This document shows, in pieces, positions 35,715-48,160 of a DNA stretch of 64,000 nt; within the stretch, counting starts at the first letter, position 1; every line of letters starts with the position of its first letter. The stretch is from Eledone cirrhosa (lineage: Eukaryota). The notes under the pieces were generated by a model, which was given only the letters and a program-made list of their open reading frames with translations, searched no databases and had not been told where the DNA came from. The stretch lies in assembly GCA_964016885.1 (NCBI GenBank), contig OZ024740.1, positions 109,740,001 through 109,804,000 of the forward strand. The letters run 5' to 3'. The position numbers and the translations under genes were made by a program.

Positions 35715-36659
35715 CATACACACAGTATGCTATATACTGTAGAAAATATTTTTAAATGATAGTCAAAAATAAGAAAATAATTTTTATTATAAAAAATCTC
35801 AACATTTTTTATGACACCAGAACACTAGTATATAATATAGTGAAGCTGCATGGATTAGTGATTAGAGTATTTGGTTCAAATCATAAGGTCATGAGTTCAA
35901 TTTCTGGTCGCATGTTGTGTCCTTCAGCAAGACACTTTATTTCATCTTGTTCCAGTCAAATCAGGTGGTAAAATTGAGTTGTATATGTAATCCAAAGAGG
36001 GATATAATACAGAGTTTTTGTTGTTGTTTGTGTGTATGTGTGTTTCCGTATGTCCTTCAACAAATACAGATTTTAAAAAAATAGGACTATAATGACAGGT
36101 TGTTTTTGTTATTGTGATAGAGAGACAGCACAGAATTTTTTTGTTGGTTGTTTGTGCTTGTTTTTGTATGTCCTTCAACATATAGATGCAACACGACTTC
36201 AAAAAAGGACTTTCACTATAATGACAGTTGTTGTTATTGAGAGAAAGAGAATTTAAATTTGTTTCAAGAAAAAATAACAGATTGTTGTTGCTATTGAGAG
36301 AGGGGGGGGGGGGAGAGTGTGTGTGTGTGTGTGTGAAAGATAGATAGGTAGAGAGAGTTGTCACTACAATAAGAGTTTGGATTGAAATTGTGGGAAATTT
36401 TAAGTGTAAGACTGTCAACATGTGTGGAAAAAAACGTGTGTGTATGTGTGTCTTAAGGACTCCCCCTCCGGAGTACAACTAGTAGTAATAATGATTTCTA
36501 CAATAGGAACAAGGCAAGCTGTTTGGGGTGAGGAGAAAATCGATTAAATCAACCCAGTGCTCTTATTTTATTGACCCCATAAGGATGAAAGGCAAAGTTA
36601 ACCTCGGTGGGATTTGAACTCAGACTGTAAAAGGCCATAACTCTATGCCGATGCTCAAA

Positions 36660-37680
36660 ATTTCTTTATTATTAGCCACAAGGGCCGAACATAGAAGACA
36701 ATACAAAGACGGAGACAGTAGGGATTTACTTGCAAAAAAAATTAACAAAACAAATAAGCAAAAAAAAAAAAAACAGAATTCTTCAATAGGGGGGGGGGAT
36801 ACCACCTAAGGGTGACGTACGTTAGTAACCCCACAAATCCCAACCCACCCTAGGAGGGCACTCCTCTTTCCTTCCATCTTTCCAGCCTACAGGCGCATGC
36901 TCAGAGTGGGCCAATTCACATGGGCCATTCTCTCAAAAATCACCCACCTTTTAAAAAATGTTCGGGAGGAGGCATCATTTCTCTCTCCACCCTTATCTTC
37001 CTTTCCAAGTGGAACTTGAAAAAGTGTCTGTGTTCAGACCTTTCAGTCATGTCCACCACACAACCTCTTTCACTACAGCTATCAGACAGAGGAAAACTGC
37101 CTGCTCTTCCTGGTCAAAAGAAGACGGCAAGGCAATCTTCACTATGGACTTGGTTGATAACTGGATCCGTCCCACATGCGACAATAGTTGTTTGATATAA
37201 CTCTATACACGGGCACTGGATGAGTGCGTGCAAAACGGTTTTGTTGCTCTGTGTGCATCTTGGACAGCTCTACCATGCCTATAGAGTTTATCTCGAACCG
37301 GCAGCACTGCCAAGGGCTTCCTAGTACCACTGCCAAGTGAGAGATTTCTAGAAATTCTCCATAGTCCCTGGCTCAAAAGTCCTCCAGAAAAGACTGGCTA
37401 GTTCATTTTCGTTGACGCCTAGAATCTCCCTGAGAGTGTTGTCACACTTACCCACCACTAATCCTCTATAGAATTCTAGAGTGGAAGTTCCACTGACCGC
37501 ATGGCCTGCCTGACAGAGGGCAGTGAGCAACTGGTAACATTCAGATATCAGGCACCCAGTCTCGGTCACTTCTTGACCCAAGACTGCAGCTCAGTCAAAG
37601 AAATGAGCTGCAGAAAGGCCCGTCTGACAAACGACGACCACACCTGTTCACTGTTTAGGCAGAATATCTGGAGATGGAGA
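36660..37680 (-). mobile_element. Tx1/L1-clade LINE 3' fragment, adjacent to a partial S1 SINE (~36495-36650)
   Basis: Homologous to 43610-44700, sharing the same 3' end tttctttatt...agccacaagggc and EFYRGLV...LREILGV. Confidence 0.85.
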
Positions 37681-39028
37681 TTTCTTTATTAACCAAATAG
37701 GGTTTACAAAAATTATATTAAGAATGGCACAGGACAGTACAAATATGTAAAAAAAAAGGAAACAAAAACAAAAGATGTAATAAAAAAATGGAAACAAAGG
37801 AAAAATCCCCAATAAGGGCAGGTCACTGAGGGTTACTCATGGGGAAAGCCCACAAAAGCCACAGTCACCTTGACCATAATAATAAAAATAGTTGTTTTGA
37901 TTGCTTTATCAAATACATAAATACATGTGAGAGTTAAATCAAGGATACACGTGTCTGTGGAATGCTCAGCTGCCTGCATGTTAAATTCATGAGCAGACTC
38001 TTCCTTTGTTTGAACAACTAGAACACGTATCACTGGAGCTCTAACAACATAGATATTATAATATGACCTGCTTGCTGTGTATAAAAGAAGAGACTATTTC
38101 ACAACAACAAAAGATTGACTTTTTCTTGAACTTTTCTACACACTACATTACAAACTCTAGCTTACCTACCTACCTACCACCAGTACTAACCATTACACAG
38201 TTACCGAAAGATCAGAAGTTATTATATATTGTCTCAAGTGTATAATCATGGCAGTTCATTGTTCCACCATAGTTCTTCTTCTCCTCATCCTCCTCTTCCT
38301 TCATTATCAGTCATCTTCTCCTCTTCCTCCACCGTTATATCTGCCCTTTGGTTATAAACTACTACTGATTCAGAATAATTTATTCATTGATCTATAATGG
38401 AACAAATAATAACCTTTACCTCACAAACATTTATTTATCATATCATTGACACTGTGTACGACATCTGTCTATACATCTATTTACACATTATAATTATTAT
38501 ATAATGAGACTATATACTGCACTATCCTAGTTTGGTTTCCTTTGTGAAAAACTCTTCATGAGGGAAACAGATCTAGTTTTGTTAGAGTCACCTTTCAACA
38601 TGTATGTATGTATGTATGTATGTGAGTATATGTGTGTGTATACATGTGTGTATGTATGCATATGTGTGTGTATGTATGCATATATGTGTGTGTGTCTGTG
38701 TATGCTATCTAAATGAATTTCCATGTTTTAAATAATAGCTACACTACTTTCTTTAAAGTATACAGTACTAAGTTGAATAATGGTCTTACTAGTCTTTAAT
38801 TAGTAAGATCTCATTCCATATATGTATATATGCTCATCCTCATCACTGTTTATGGGTTAGATGAGTTGTCACATTATGAGACTAGTTAGGTTAGGTGACC
38901 AGATCTTGTTCATACTGATCTGTTTTTTTGGGCTTGTTTTCTACAGCTAGATGTCCTTCCTAACCCCAACAACACTATAGTGTCGACTGTGAGAGTGTGT
39001 GTGTGTGTTTGTATATATATATATATAC

Positions 39029-39270
39029 ATAAATAATTACAACAGTGACATAAAGAGGTACTCAAGTTTCATTGGGTTCTGGGCCCAATTTATTCAGTCT
39101 GTCATGAGGAAAATAAAAATAGGTTATTTTTCTCATGACAAGCTGAATGAATTGGGGCCAAGAACCCAACGAAACTTAGGTACCTGTTCATGTCACTGTT
39201 GTAATTATTTATTAGGAGGATTACAGTATTGTGTACATGGATCACAGTTGTGTCAACTGTCTAACAAGTC
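39029..39270. mobile_element. Asymmetric fold-back element containing a hammerhead-like motif
   Basis: About 85-bp arms at 39029-39115 and 39124-39212, beside a TA run. Confidence 0.75.
39134..39192 (+). ncRNA. Hammerhead-like motif with an 8-nt core strand (CUGAAUGA)
   Basis: catgacaag-CTGAATGA-attggg...cccaac-GAAAC-ttag-GTA-cctgttcatg. Helices I and II pair. Confidence 0.6.
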
Positions 39271-42133
39271 CAAAGTAGTTTTAAGCCCTGAAGAGGAAAA
39301 CTAGCTTTTGGGGTGGGTATTTTAAGCTGTGTTGTAGATTTACTGAGAGAGGTTGAAAACATGAAGAACCAATAGCCATAAACATTCTCTCAAAATACCC
39401 ATCTAAATCATATCCCTAACATGAAAGAGCAAACTTATAATGATGATCAGCATTATATGTGCTTGTGTGTGTGTGTGTGTGTGTATTACTGCACCAGAAA
39501 TGTAAAGAAAGTGAATATCAGCAGTGTGATTTTCTTTTATGGTAACTGTGTTGCATATATTATTTTAAAGATATCTGAAGCAGGATATAATGCTTTGCAG
39601 CATTCATTCCAGCTCTCTACTTTCTGAATTCAGCCCCTTTTCCCAGGTTGATAAATAACATACCAGCTTCATACTAGGTTCTAGTTTCTTCCACCCTCTC
39701 TCTTTCTCTGAAAAAAAAAAATGGCTGTGTTCAAAGCTATTAAAGGATGGGTGTTCACTAAGCTGTATGTTATGACAGTGTTCCTATGACGCCATGGGTG
39801 GGTGGATGTGTGTGTGTAAGACCTGAAAGTTGTTAGCATAGATATGTAGTTACAAAGTTTGTTTTGCAACCACATGGTTGTGGGTTCAGTCCCACTTTGC
39901 AACACCTTGGGCAAGTATCTTCTACTATATCATTGGGTTGACCAGTGCCTTGGGAATGGAATTTGGTAGATGGAAACTGCAGAAACCTCGTCATGTAATT
40001 GTATATATGTGTGTGTGTGTGTGTGCCTGTGTCAATGATTATGTTCATGTCTGGGCTGATGCCCCTTAACATGGTGGTTTGATAAAATATAGATCAATAA
40101 AATAAGTACAAAACTTTAAAACAATATGCACTAGGGTTAATATGAGCAACTAAATCAAGGCAGTGCCCTGGCATGGCCACAAACTACGGACTGAAATAAA
40201 TGAAATAAAAGGTCCAAAATATGTATGTATGTGTGTATAAGGCCTGAAAACCTCACCTAAATTCAAAAAACATTTTCCCCATCCTGAAAAAAAAAAAAAT
40301 GTAATACATTGACCAGATCTATTATTGTTTTAAGTAAGAAGACACATCTAACTGTCACTTTATCACTGTAATAAAGTCTAGAAGGAAAACAGCAGAGGTA
40401 GAAGAAGACTTAGCTTAATGTATTTAATATATAATACATATATACTTGCATACACATATATGTAATCTGTAGAAAATTGTAAACCTTTCTAGAATTTTCC
40501 TCACTTTTATTTATATAAAACAAATAAGAAAAATTGAGCAAAGATTTTTTTTCTTCCAACCCATTTCTTTCTTCTACTCGCCATTCTTTTCCTGTAACAC
40601 CAATATCAGAATGACTTACATAAAATGTATCACCATTATTTAACCCTTTTGATACAAAACCACTTGAAAACGTCTAGCATTATTTGTTTTAAAGTGTATA
40701 TATTTATCTAAAAACCATCTCTTCTTCTTCGCCTAATTATTCCTGAGAGTGTTGTGGGGACAGAGTCCTCAAACACTCCTTCCAGTGGGTCCTGTCAGAA
40801 GCAGCCGGCTCCAACTGATCCCGCTGAATCCCCAAGCGAGACCAGCCAAGCTCATGGATGTTATCCAACCATCTTGCTCAAGGTAGCCCTGTGTCTCCTG
40901 CCTGTTGGTTTACCCCATATAATCTCTCCAGTGATTCTTTCCTGAGATTTTCTAACCACATGTCTGTAATATTGGAGAAGTAGAGGCTCTACCTGAAGTG
41001 ACTCTGATCTCTGAACTACGCACTCTATTGAGTAATGTTACACAAAAGAACCTTCGGAGGAACTCCATTTCGGCAGCTTGTATTCATGATCTTATTCTTT
41101 CAGTCATTACTCAAGATTCATAACAACAGGTAAGAGTTGGCATGAATACCAAACTGAAGATAGTGAGTTTGGTTTTTATACATACCTCCCTTCTTCTGAT
41201 TACCAAATGCTGAAACTGGCGCATAACTGCACTAGCTCCTACAGTTCTTGCACACAGTTCAGCCTCCTACCTTCCATAATCTCAGCCTCTGAGAGATTAG
41301 TCATTGCTCCTAGGTGCACTTCATAACCCCGGACCAACAGCAGAAAACTACTAGGGGAGATGGAGCAATGGGTGACACCTGTAACTTCCAAGAAAACTTT
41401 CACAACCCAGTGATGTAGCAATGATGAGACGAGTAAAGGCTGCCTCTAAAAAGCCAACTCTTCATGGGTCCGAGAAAATACAAGATTGGTGACTGGCGTG
41501 AATAAGACCACCAAAACTGCAATATGGTGAGATGTATGAAAAAGAATCATATTGCGTTGTCCTACATGCAGGTTAACAAGGGACACGTTCAGGCCTTTGT
41601 AGAGGGACCTGTTCAAAAAATATTTTGCAGTCTCCATTTTATATCGCAGAAACTGGTGATGGGCCTGCAACCTGTCTTGGGAGGCGTTCTGTATCATTTA
41701 AAAATTATTTGAAAATCCCTGGCAGTGCCCTTCATTAGAAATATGCTAACAAAAGTTTTAAAGTATATTACTATTCAAGACTTATTTCCCTATTCATTTA
41801 ATGGAATTCATTTATGAGTTTTGCTTCTATCCAGGGCTGTTGTTACTATTGGGTCACTTAGGGTGCACACCTTAGAGGGTTATATTTCTGAACCATAAAA
41901 GATCAGAGTTTTATATAAATTTGCATAATTAAATTAAATATATCATAATTTCATGTGATCAATAAATAAATTGCTAAATATCTTTGTCATGTAACAGTGT
42001 TGTGGAAATATCCAAAGTGGTGGAGAGGGTTGTGTGGTGTTATGACCTGTCACATGATTTAGCATGGCACAATCGTGTGGAAGAAAATGCAGGTGAAATT
42101 TGGTAGGCGGAAACTGTTTGGAAGCCCACTCTA

Positions 42134-42309
42134 GTTCTAGGGTTGAAATAATAAGTACTAGGATTGAAATAATAAGTACTAGGCTTGAAAAAATAAGTAC
42201 TAGAGTTGAAATAATAAGTTCTAGGGTTGAAATAATAAGTACTAGTGTTGAAAAAGTAAGTACTACTGGTGCAAAAGTAAGCACTAGGGTTGAAATAATA
42301 AGTGCTGAA
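42134..42309. repeat. 21-bp minisatellite inside a SINE tail
   Basis: About 8 copies of tagggttgaaataataagtac, resembling the SINE segment gataaaataagtac. Confidence 0.88.
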
Positions 42310-43023
42310 TAAAATCAACTAAAAAAGAAAAATCTGTTTAAGTTGGTGTTCCAACATGACCGCAGTTCAATGACTGAAAACAGTTTTTAAAAAATGAATT
42401 GATGAAAATTGGAAATGGAGGACTAATTGTATGACAGTTAAACTTCTGAAGATACAGTGACAATAAATCTATATATTAATTTCAACAATGTCATTATTCC
42501 GTGTGTCATAATTCTCGATTATCATTGGTTCATAGGTTTCAAATGATTCCGCCCACCTCAACAACGCCAAACTTAAATTAATATGCATAATGCCAATGAA
42601 GGAGTGAGAGGGGAGAGAGAGGCAAAGTGAACGCCATGTATATGTGTCAGTGTAGAGACATGTGTGTGTGATGTGTGTGGAAATAAGAGGGGAAGGAAAG
42701 CAATAACTATTAAGATGTGTGCGTGTGTATGTACGTGCGCATATGTTTATGTGTGTGTGCGTGCGTGCAGTGTTCCACAGAAAGTAAAACCTATCAACAT
42801 GTGTGAGTGTGTGCGTGTGTGTAAGTTTGCGTGCGTGTGCGCGTTTCCATGCGTGTATGTGTGTGTATGTGCGACATCCCACAATCGCCACGCAGTTTAT
42901 CTGCCTATGTGCCTGTCTGTCAGTCTAACATATACAGAGTTGTGAAAGGAGTAAATAGGGATTTTTTTTTACATTGACTGACATCTTTTATATTAATTAT
43001 CTATATCTAATATATATTAATTA

Positions 43024-43373
43024 TCTACATATAATATAAAAGATTGGAACTTCCATCATCCTTTTGAGAAACGTGGAACAACCACGTCTATGCAATGATA
43101 CACGTTTTACAGTCAGGCAGAAGATGAACCATCTCCTAGAGGTCACTATTCTAGGTGGGAGCACCTAGAATTGTTCATATACTATGCACAAACGGTACAA
43201 CGAAGAATATGGTATATCTGGAAGATTTCTTTTACTGTTTTTTATATCACACAGACACCATGGACTCGCCTCATACTGTAACCAGACATTCAATACAGTC
43301 ATTTTCTCTTTTACCTGTCTTCTCTTATCATCTGTTTACCCGGGCGAAGCTAGTAGATAATTAAATTTACTAG
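43024..43373 (+). mobile_element. Non-autonomous Helitron-like element
   Basis: 5' TCTACATATAATATAAAA; 3' ACCCGGGCGAAGC (half of a GC hairpin) followed by CTAG|T. Confidence 0.55.
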
Positions 43374-43844
43374 TGACAAAAAATAAATAAATAAAATAGA
43401 TAAAATGCACCTGATGTGGGAATCTTATGTTTATTGAACTGTCAAACAAGAAAGAATTATGTTACTTTGAGAATTATAGACTAAAATGTCATTCTGATAG
43501 AGAACATTTCTTGGGGAGAACATCAGCAACAATAACCATAAAACAAACAATGAAAACATAGAATCAATGTCCAACACACACACACACACACACACATCTA
43601 GATAGATATATTTCTTTATTAGCCACAAGGGCGCATAAGAAAAGGGGACAATACAAAGACATGCCGGGGATTTTGCATACAGTCGTGTAAAAAATCTAAA
43701 AACAAACAATTACAACAATCGAAATCCCCAATAGGGGGGAGGCGCCACAAATGGGTTGTTTAATACCCCATCGATAGAACAACCCTCAACTCCAGGAGCG
43801 TGTTGTGCATGTGCTCCTTTCTTCCTTTTGCTCTCTTCTTCAAC

Positions 43845-46800
43845 CTACAGGCTTATAAACAGAGAAGGCCCAATCACTCGGGCCATTTTCGCTTCATTCA
43901 CCCACCTTTCAGTAAATTTACTGGGGTGCAGTGCCTCTCTCTCCACCCTGATTCTCCTTCTAAAGTGATACTTAAAGAAGGGAATCAATTGTTGTCCGGA
44001 GAGAAAGGCATCTGTCCTCAGTCCTCTCAACCTCGTCCACCATATAACTTCTTTCACCATAGCCACCGTACAGAGGAAAACCGCCTCTCTTTCGTTTTTG
44101 AAAGAGGCTGGCGGTTTGATCCTTACTATGGACTCGGCAGTCAACTGGATTTGTCCCATATGTGACAGCAGTTGTTCTGCATAGTTCCACAGGTTGGTTA
44201 CGCCTGGGCAGTGTACTATTGCGTGCAGGGCTGTTTCAATGTCCTGCGCACATCTTGGACATATCCTCTTGGAAGGATCCCTGCCGGGGCGTCCGTGACT
44301 GTAGATCTTGTCATGAACCGGTAGAGCTCCTTGGTAGCACTGCCAGGCCAGGGACCTCTGGAAGTTGTCCATAGGTCCCGGGCGGAAAGTCCTACCAAAC
44401 AGACTGGTGAGCTCATCGTCTTCGACACCCAGAGTCTCTCCAAGCACGTCGTCGCCCTTGTAACGTACACTCCCTCTATAGAATGTCGAAGTGGAGTCTC
44501 AACTGATTGCTGCGCCCGCTTGCCAGAGGACTGTGAACGCCTGAGCGCATTCAATGTGCCAGGCGCCTATCGTTTTCGGTCTTTTCTTGACCCAGGACTG
44601 CAGCTCCGTCAGCGAGACGAGCTGTGGGAAATCCTGTCTCACAAACGGTGCCCACACCGGTTGGGGGTCGGTGAGGAATACCTGGAGATGCCGCAGCCTC
44701 AGTGCATGTTTGCGCATCATCAGCCACGGCATTCCCAGCCCTCCGTTGCAAGGGTGCTGACAGCAGACAGATCTCCTCACCAGTGGAACCTGCTTCTTCC
44801 ACAGAAATTTGAAGAGCATGCGTTCCATCTTGGCGAGGTGTTCACGGGGACAAGGCACGACAGTCAAGCGGTAGTAGATGACGGACGCTATGAAAATGTT
44901 CGCCACCTCCGCTCGACCTTTCAAGGACAGTTTGCAGTCTGCCCACTTCTGGGTGAGTGCAAACACCTTGGCCGTGACCTCGTTCCAGTTTTTCTCCACC
45001 TGGAGGTCTGGACCGAACCAGACCCCTAGCAATTGTACCGGTCCGTCCGTCCAGCGTCCAACGACACTGTCGGACGTCATCAGTTTGCCTCTCCACGTAC
45101 CGAGTTGCAAACCGACAGACTTGTTCGGGTTTAGTTTTGCTCCCGTCAGTGTTTCGTATTCTTTCAGTAAGTTGCCGATCACCCCGATTTCCGAGGTGCT
45201 CGACACCATTACCGTTACGTCGTCGGCATAAGCCGACGCCACTTTGCGCGGTCCAGGTTCTATAGGGATGCCCTGCAACAGCTCCAATTTCTGCAGTAGT
45301 GGCTCTAGAGTCAATACATACAGAATGGAGGAGAGAGGGCACCCCTGTCGAATGGAACAGGTGATTGTGAACGGCTCCGATAGGTACCTGTTCACCTTGA
45401 CCCTTGAGCAGATGCTGGTGTGCATTGCCTCGATCCATCCTCTGAACACGGGACCGAAACCGGCCGCCTTGAGAACCGCTTCCAAGTATCGATGGTCAAC
45501 CCTATCGAATGCCTTAGACTGATCCAAGTTGATCAGAGCTCCACCGAAGCCGGGTTTACTACCCACGCTCTCTATGATGTATCGCATGCGGTGGAGGTTG
45601 TCGTGTATGGACCTGGTCGGGATTGCACATGTTTGCGCTTTCCCTAACAGGTTTTCGACAACAAGCGCCAACCTCGTCGCTAGCACCTTAGCCAAAATCT
45701 TTAACTCTGTGTTGAGCAGAGTTATGGGCCTGAAGTTGTTAATTTCGTCCTCCTTGTTCTCGTCTTTCTTGATCAGCGTTACTATGCCCTTGCCTGCAGA
45801 ACTGGGAATTCTCCCGTTCTGCTGCCAATTGCAGTAGACGGCTTTGAGGATGCCAGAGAACAAGTCCGGCATACCTATGTAAAACTCGTAGGGTAGATTA
45901 TCTAGACCGGGTGACTTGCGTTTCCCACAGCAGCCCAGAGCGTCCTGTATCTCAGTGTCCATGATCGGTCTTTCGCAGAACTCGGCGGCTGTGTTCGAGA
46001 GACGCGGCAGGCCGTCGAGGTATGAACTAAAGTCCATTGCTCCGTTCGGCTCACCGTCGTTTTGCTCAAACAGTCGCGCAAAGTGCCACTGAAAGGCCGC
46101 ACACATTTGCTTGGGGTCAAGTAGCACGTGTCCGTTTTGGTCTTTCAAAGACTGAATCGTGGACTTGTTGCCACTTTTTGCCTCTGCCACTCGGGCCCAG
46201 CTGACAGCTTTCGCTCCTTCATTTCCTAGAGCACGTGTTTTGCTTCTAACCACGCAACCTTCGTGTTTCGCATTGAAGAACTGGTCCAGTGCCGTTCTCG
46301 ACGCTAACACTCTAGCCACGTTGCCACTTCTAAGTGCCTCCTCTACTTTGGCTACTAGTTCTCTTTCTATTCTGTTTTCCTCTAAGACTAACTCTCTGCT
46401 ATACCCTATCGATTCTATTCTGATTGCTTTCATGAGAGAGTACCACTATCTCATGTTGACGATGGCTCCCGTTAACTGTTGCTTGACTAGTCTACTTCTC
46501 CGTTCACTGTAAGCTTTACGTGCCGGCAACGACACGTTCAGCTTCCGGTATCCGGGTCCCAGTCTATGTATTCTATCACGGTTGACTAAGCAGACGACTA
46601 ATTTGTGATCTGAATAGGCAACCATATGCATTCGTGGACAGCTTAACATCTCCTTGTCCTTTTCTCTAATGAAGAACCTATCTAAATACGATCTAGATGT
46701 CCCACTGCGGTTTGCCCACGTCCACTGTGGTGTAGTCGTGAAATCCAGTCGATACCTATCGGCCAGTTGAAATTGGCCGATTAAAGTTTTGAGGCTGTTG

Positions 46801-47145
46801 CACCCCGCTCTACTGGGACATGCTCCCACATAGTCCCATCGTGCATCTAGGATACCATTCCAGTCCCCCACTAAAAGTAAGGAGCGAGACGTTCCCAGAA
46901 AAGACTCTAGATGCTTAAAGAAGTCTGGCCGTGATTGCGATTGCCCGGTCGGGGCATAAACGGCCACCAGTCTGAAGGCTCCACCTCCAATACTGTTAAC
47001 GTCTAGGACTACCAGTCTACCCTCTAGGTCCAAGTATACTTGCTGTACTTCGACGTCCAGGTTCTTCCGAAACATGACAGCCACTCCACCCCCACCTCCT
47101 GGCTGACAGAGAGATGCGTAGATCTCAAAGTCGTCGAAGATGGGG
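43845..47145 (-). pseudogene. Tx1-type ORF2 (APE, RT, zf-RVT)
   Basis: GDWN, YLDRFFI and SDH; FRPITLLN, LDQSKAFDRVDH, RQGCPLS and AYADD; CPRC...HAIVHC. Breaks near 46440 and 44520. The APE N-terminus is missing. Confidence 0.92.
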
Positions 47146-48160
47146 GTTAGTTGCTGCCTGTTGTGGGGATGGGGTGTTGGGTGGGGTGTGGAAACATTTT
47201 AACAGGACATGGTTGATGGGTTTGTGGCAGGGGTTGCCCACGTCCTGTGAAAATTTATTTTTTAGGTCATTATAGGTTTCCATAGAAACCCTTATAAGTT
47301 TAAGGTGTGGAGATGATTCTGCCTTGACGCAAGTTTTGCCCTCCATCTCCACCTTGGGGTTTTGGGAGATGACCTCCATCAAACTCTTGTTGTTTGTGTT
47401 GATGTATGCATATTGTTGTTTGTGTTTTTGTTGTGTTGTTTTAGTTTGTTGTTCGTCCGGGAGTTTTCTTTTTATGGTGGGTGCTTGTGTTTGGGGTGGT
47501 GTTGGTGCTGGTTTTGCTGATAGGGGGATGTTTGACTGTGGTTGTGTGTTGGTGTTGGTGATAGGAGTTTTGGGGGTTTTGTGGTGTCTCTTTTTTTGTT
47601 TTTTAGATTTCCGCGGTTCTCCCTCTTCTTCATTTAAAGAAGGAGAAGCAGCTTTATCCGTCGATGAATAATCATCGTCAGGTGTGTGGGGTAGGGGTAT
47701 GTTGTGTGGTGGTGGTGTTTCGGTGTGTGTGTTTGTGGTAGTGTTTGATGGAGTGGGATGGAGTGGGGCTGTGTTCTTCAGGGGTGTTGTCTCTGTTTTT
47801 TCTGTTGTTGTTGGTTGAGTGTCTGTTTGTTTTGGTGTGGTTGCTCGTTTCGTCTGTTGTTGTACTTGTGGTGGTGGTGGTGGTTGTTTTGGTGTTGGTG
47901 TTGGTAATAGTGTTTTTTTAATGATGTTGTTGTTGTGTGTTTGTGGACAAGAGGCTTTTAGGTGTGCTGTGCTACCACAGCGAAAACAATGAAATTTTCG
48001 TCCTTCTACCGAAATGTTTATTTTGTTGTTATTATCGATGACGACTCTTTCAGGTATTTTGGAGATTCTCTCCGGTTTCATTTGCAACAGAATCTCCAAA
48101 TCTGTACGCGTCCATCTTTGACGAATAGATTTTCGTATCAAAAGAATCATATCAGTTTCT
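47125..48160 (-). CDS. Gag-like ORF1 fragment with a CCHC zinc knuckle
   Basis: CFRCGSTAHLKASC (CX2CX4HX4C), followed by a long Pro/Thr/Lys-rich low-complexity region. Confidence 0.75.

Larger units (their letters stand above)
43610..48160 (-). mobile_element. Tx1/L1-clade LINE, near full length, disrupted
   Basis: ORF1-like, APE, RT and C-terminal zinc-finger regions in order. The 3' end is AATAAAGAAATAT next to an (ATCT)/(GT) repeat. Confidence 0.92.

Noticed and set aside
41239-41712. Possible further L1/Tx1 RT remnant
   Set aside because: Similarity is too decayed to support by eye.
42134-42309. CRISPR-like or telomeric appearance of the 21-bp repeats
   Set aside because: Head-to-tail repeats with no unique spacers; TAGGGT is not tandem TTAGGG; the context is eukaryotic.
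42520-42580. Possible hammerhead (minus strand TTGAGGT...GAAAC)
   Set aside because: The core is mismatched and no helix I pairs.
14139-46512. Long antisense ORFs overlapping RT genes (e.g. 14139..14765, 32296..32925, 44331..45029)
   Set aside because: Shadow frames of the LINE ORFs with no independent motifs.
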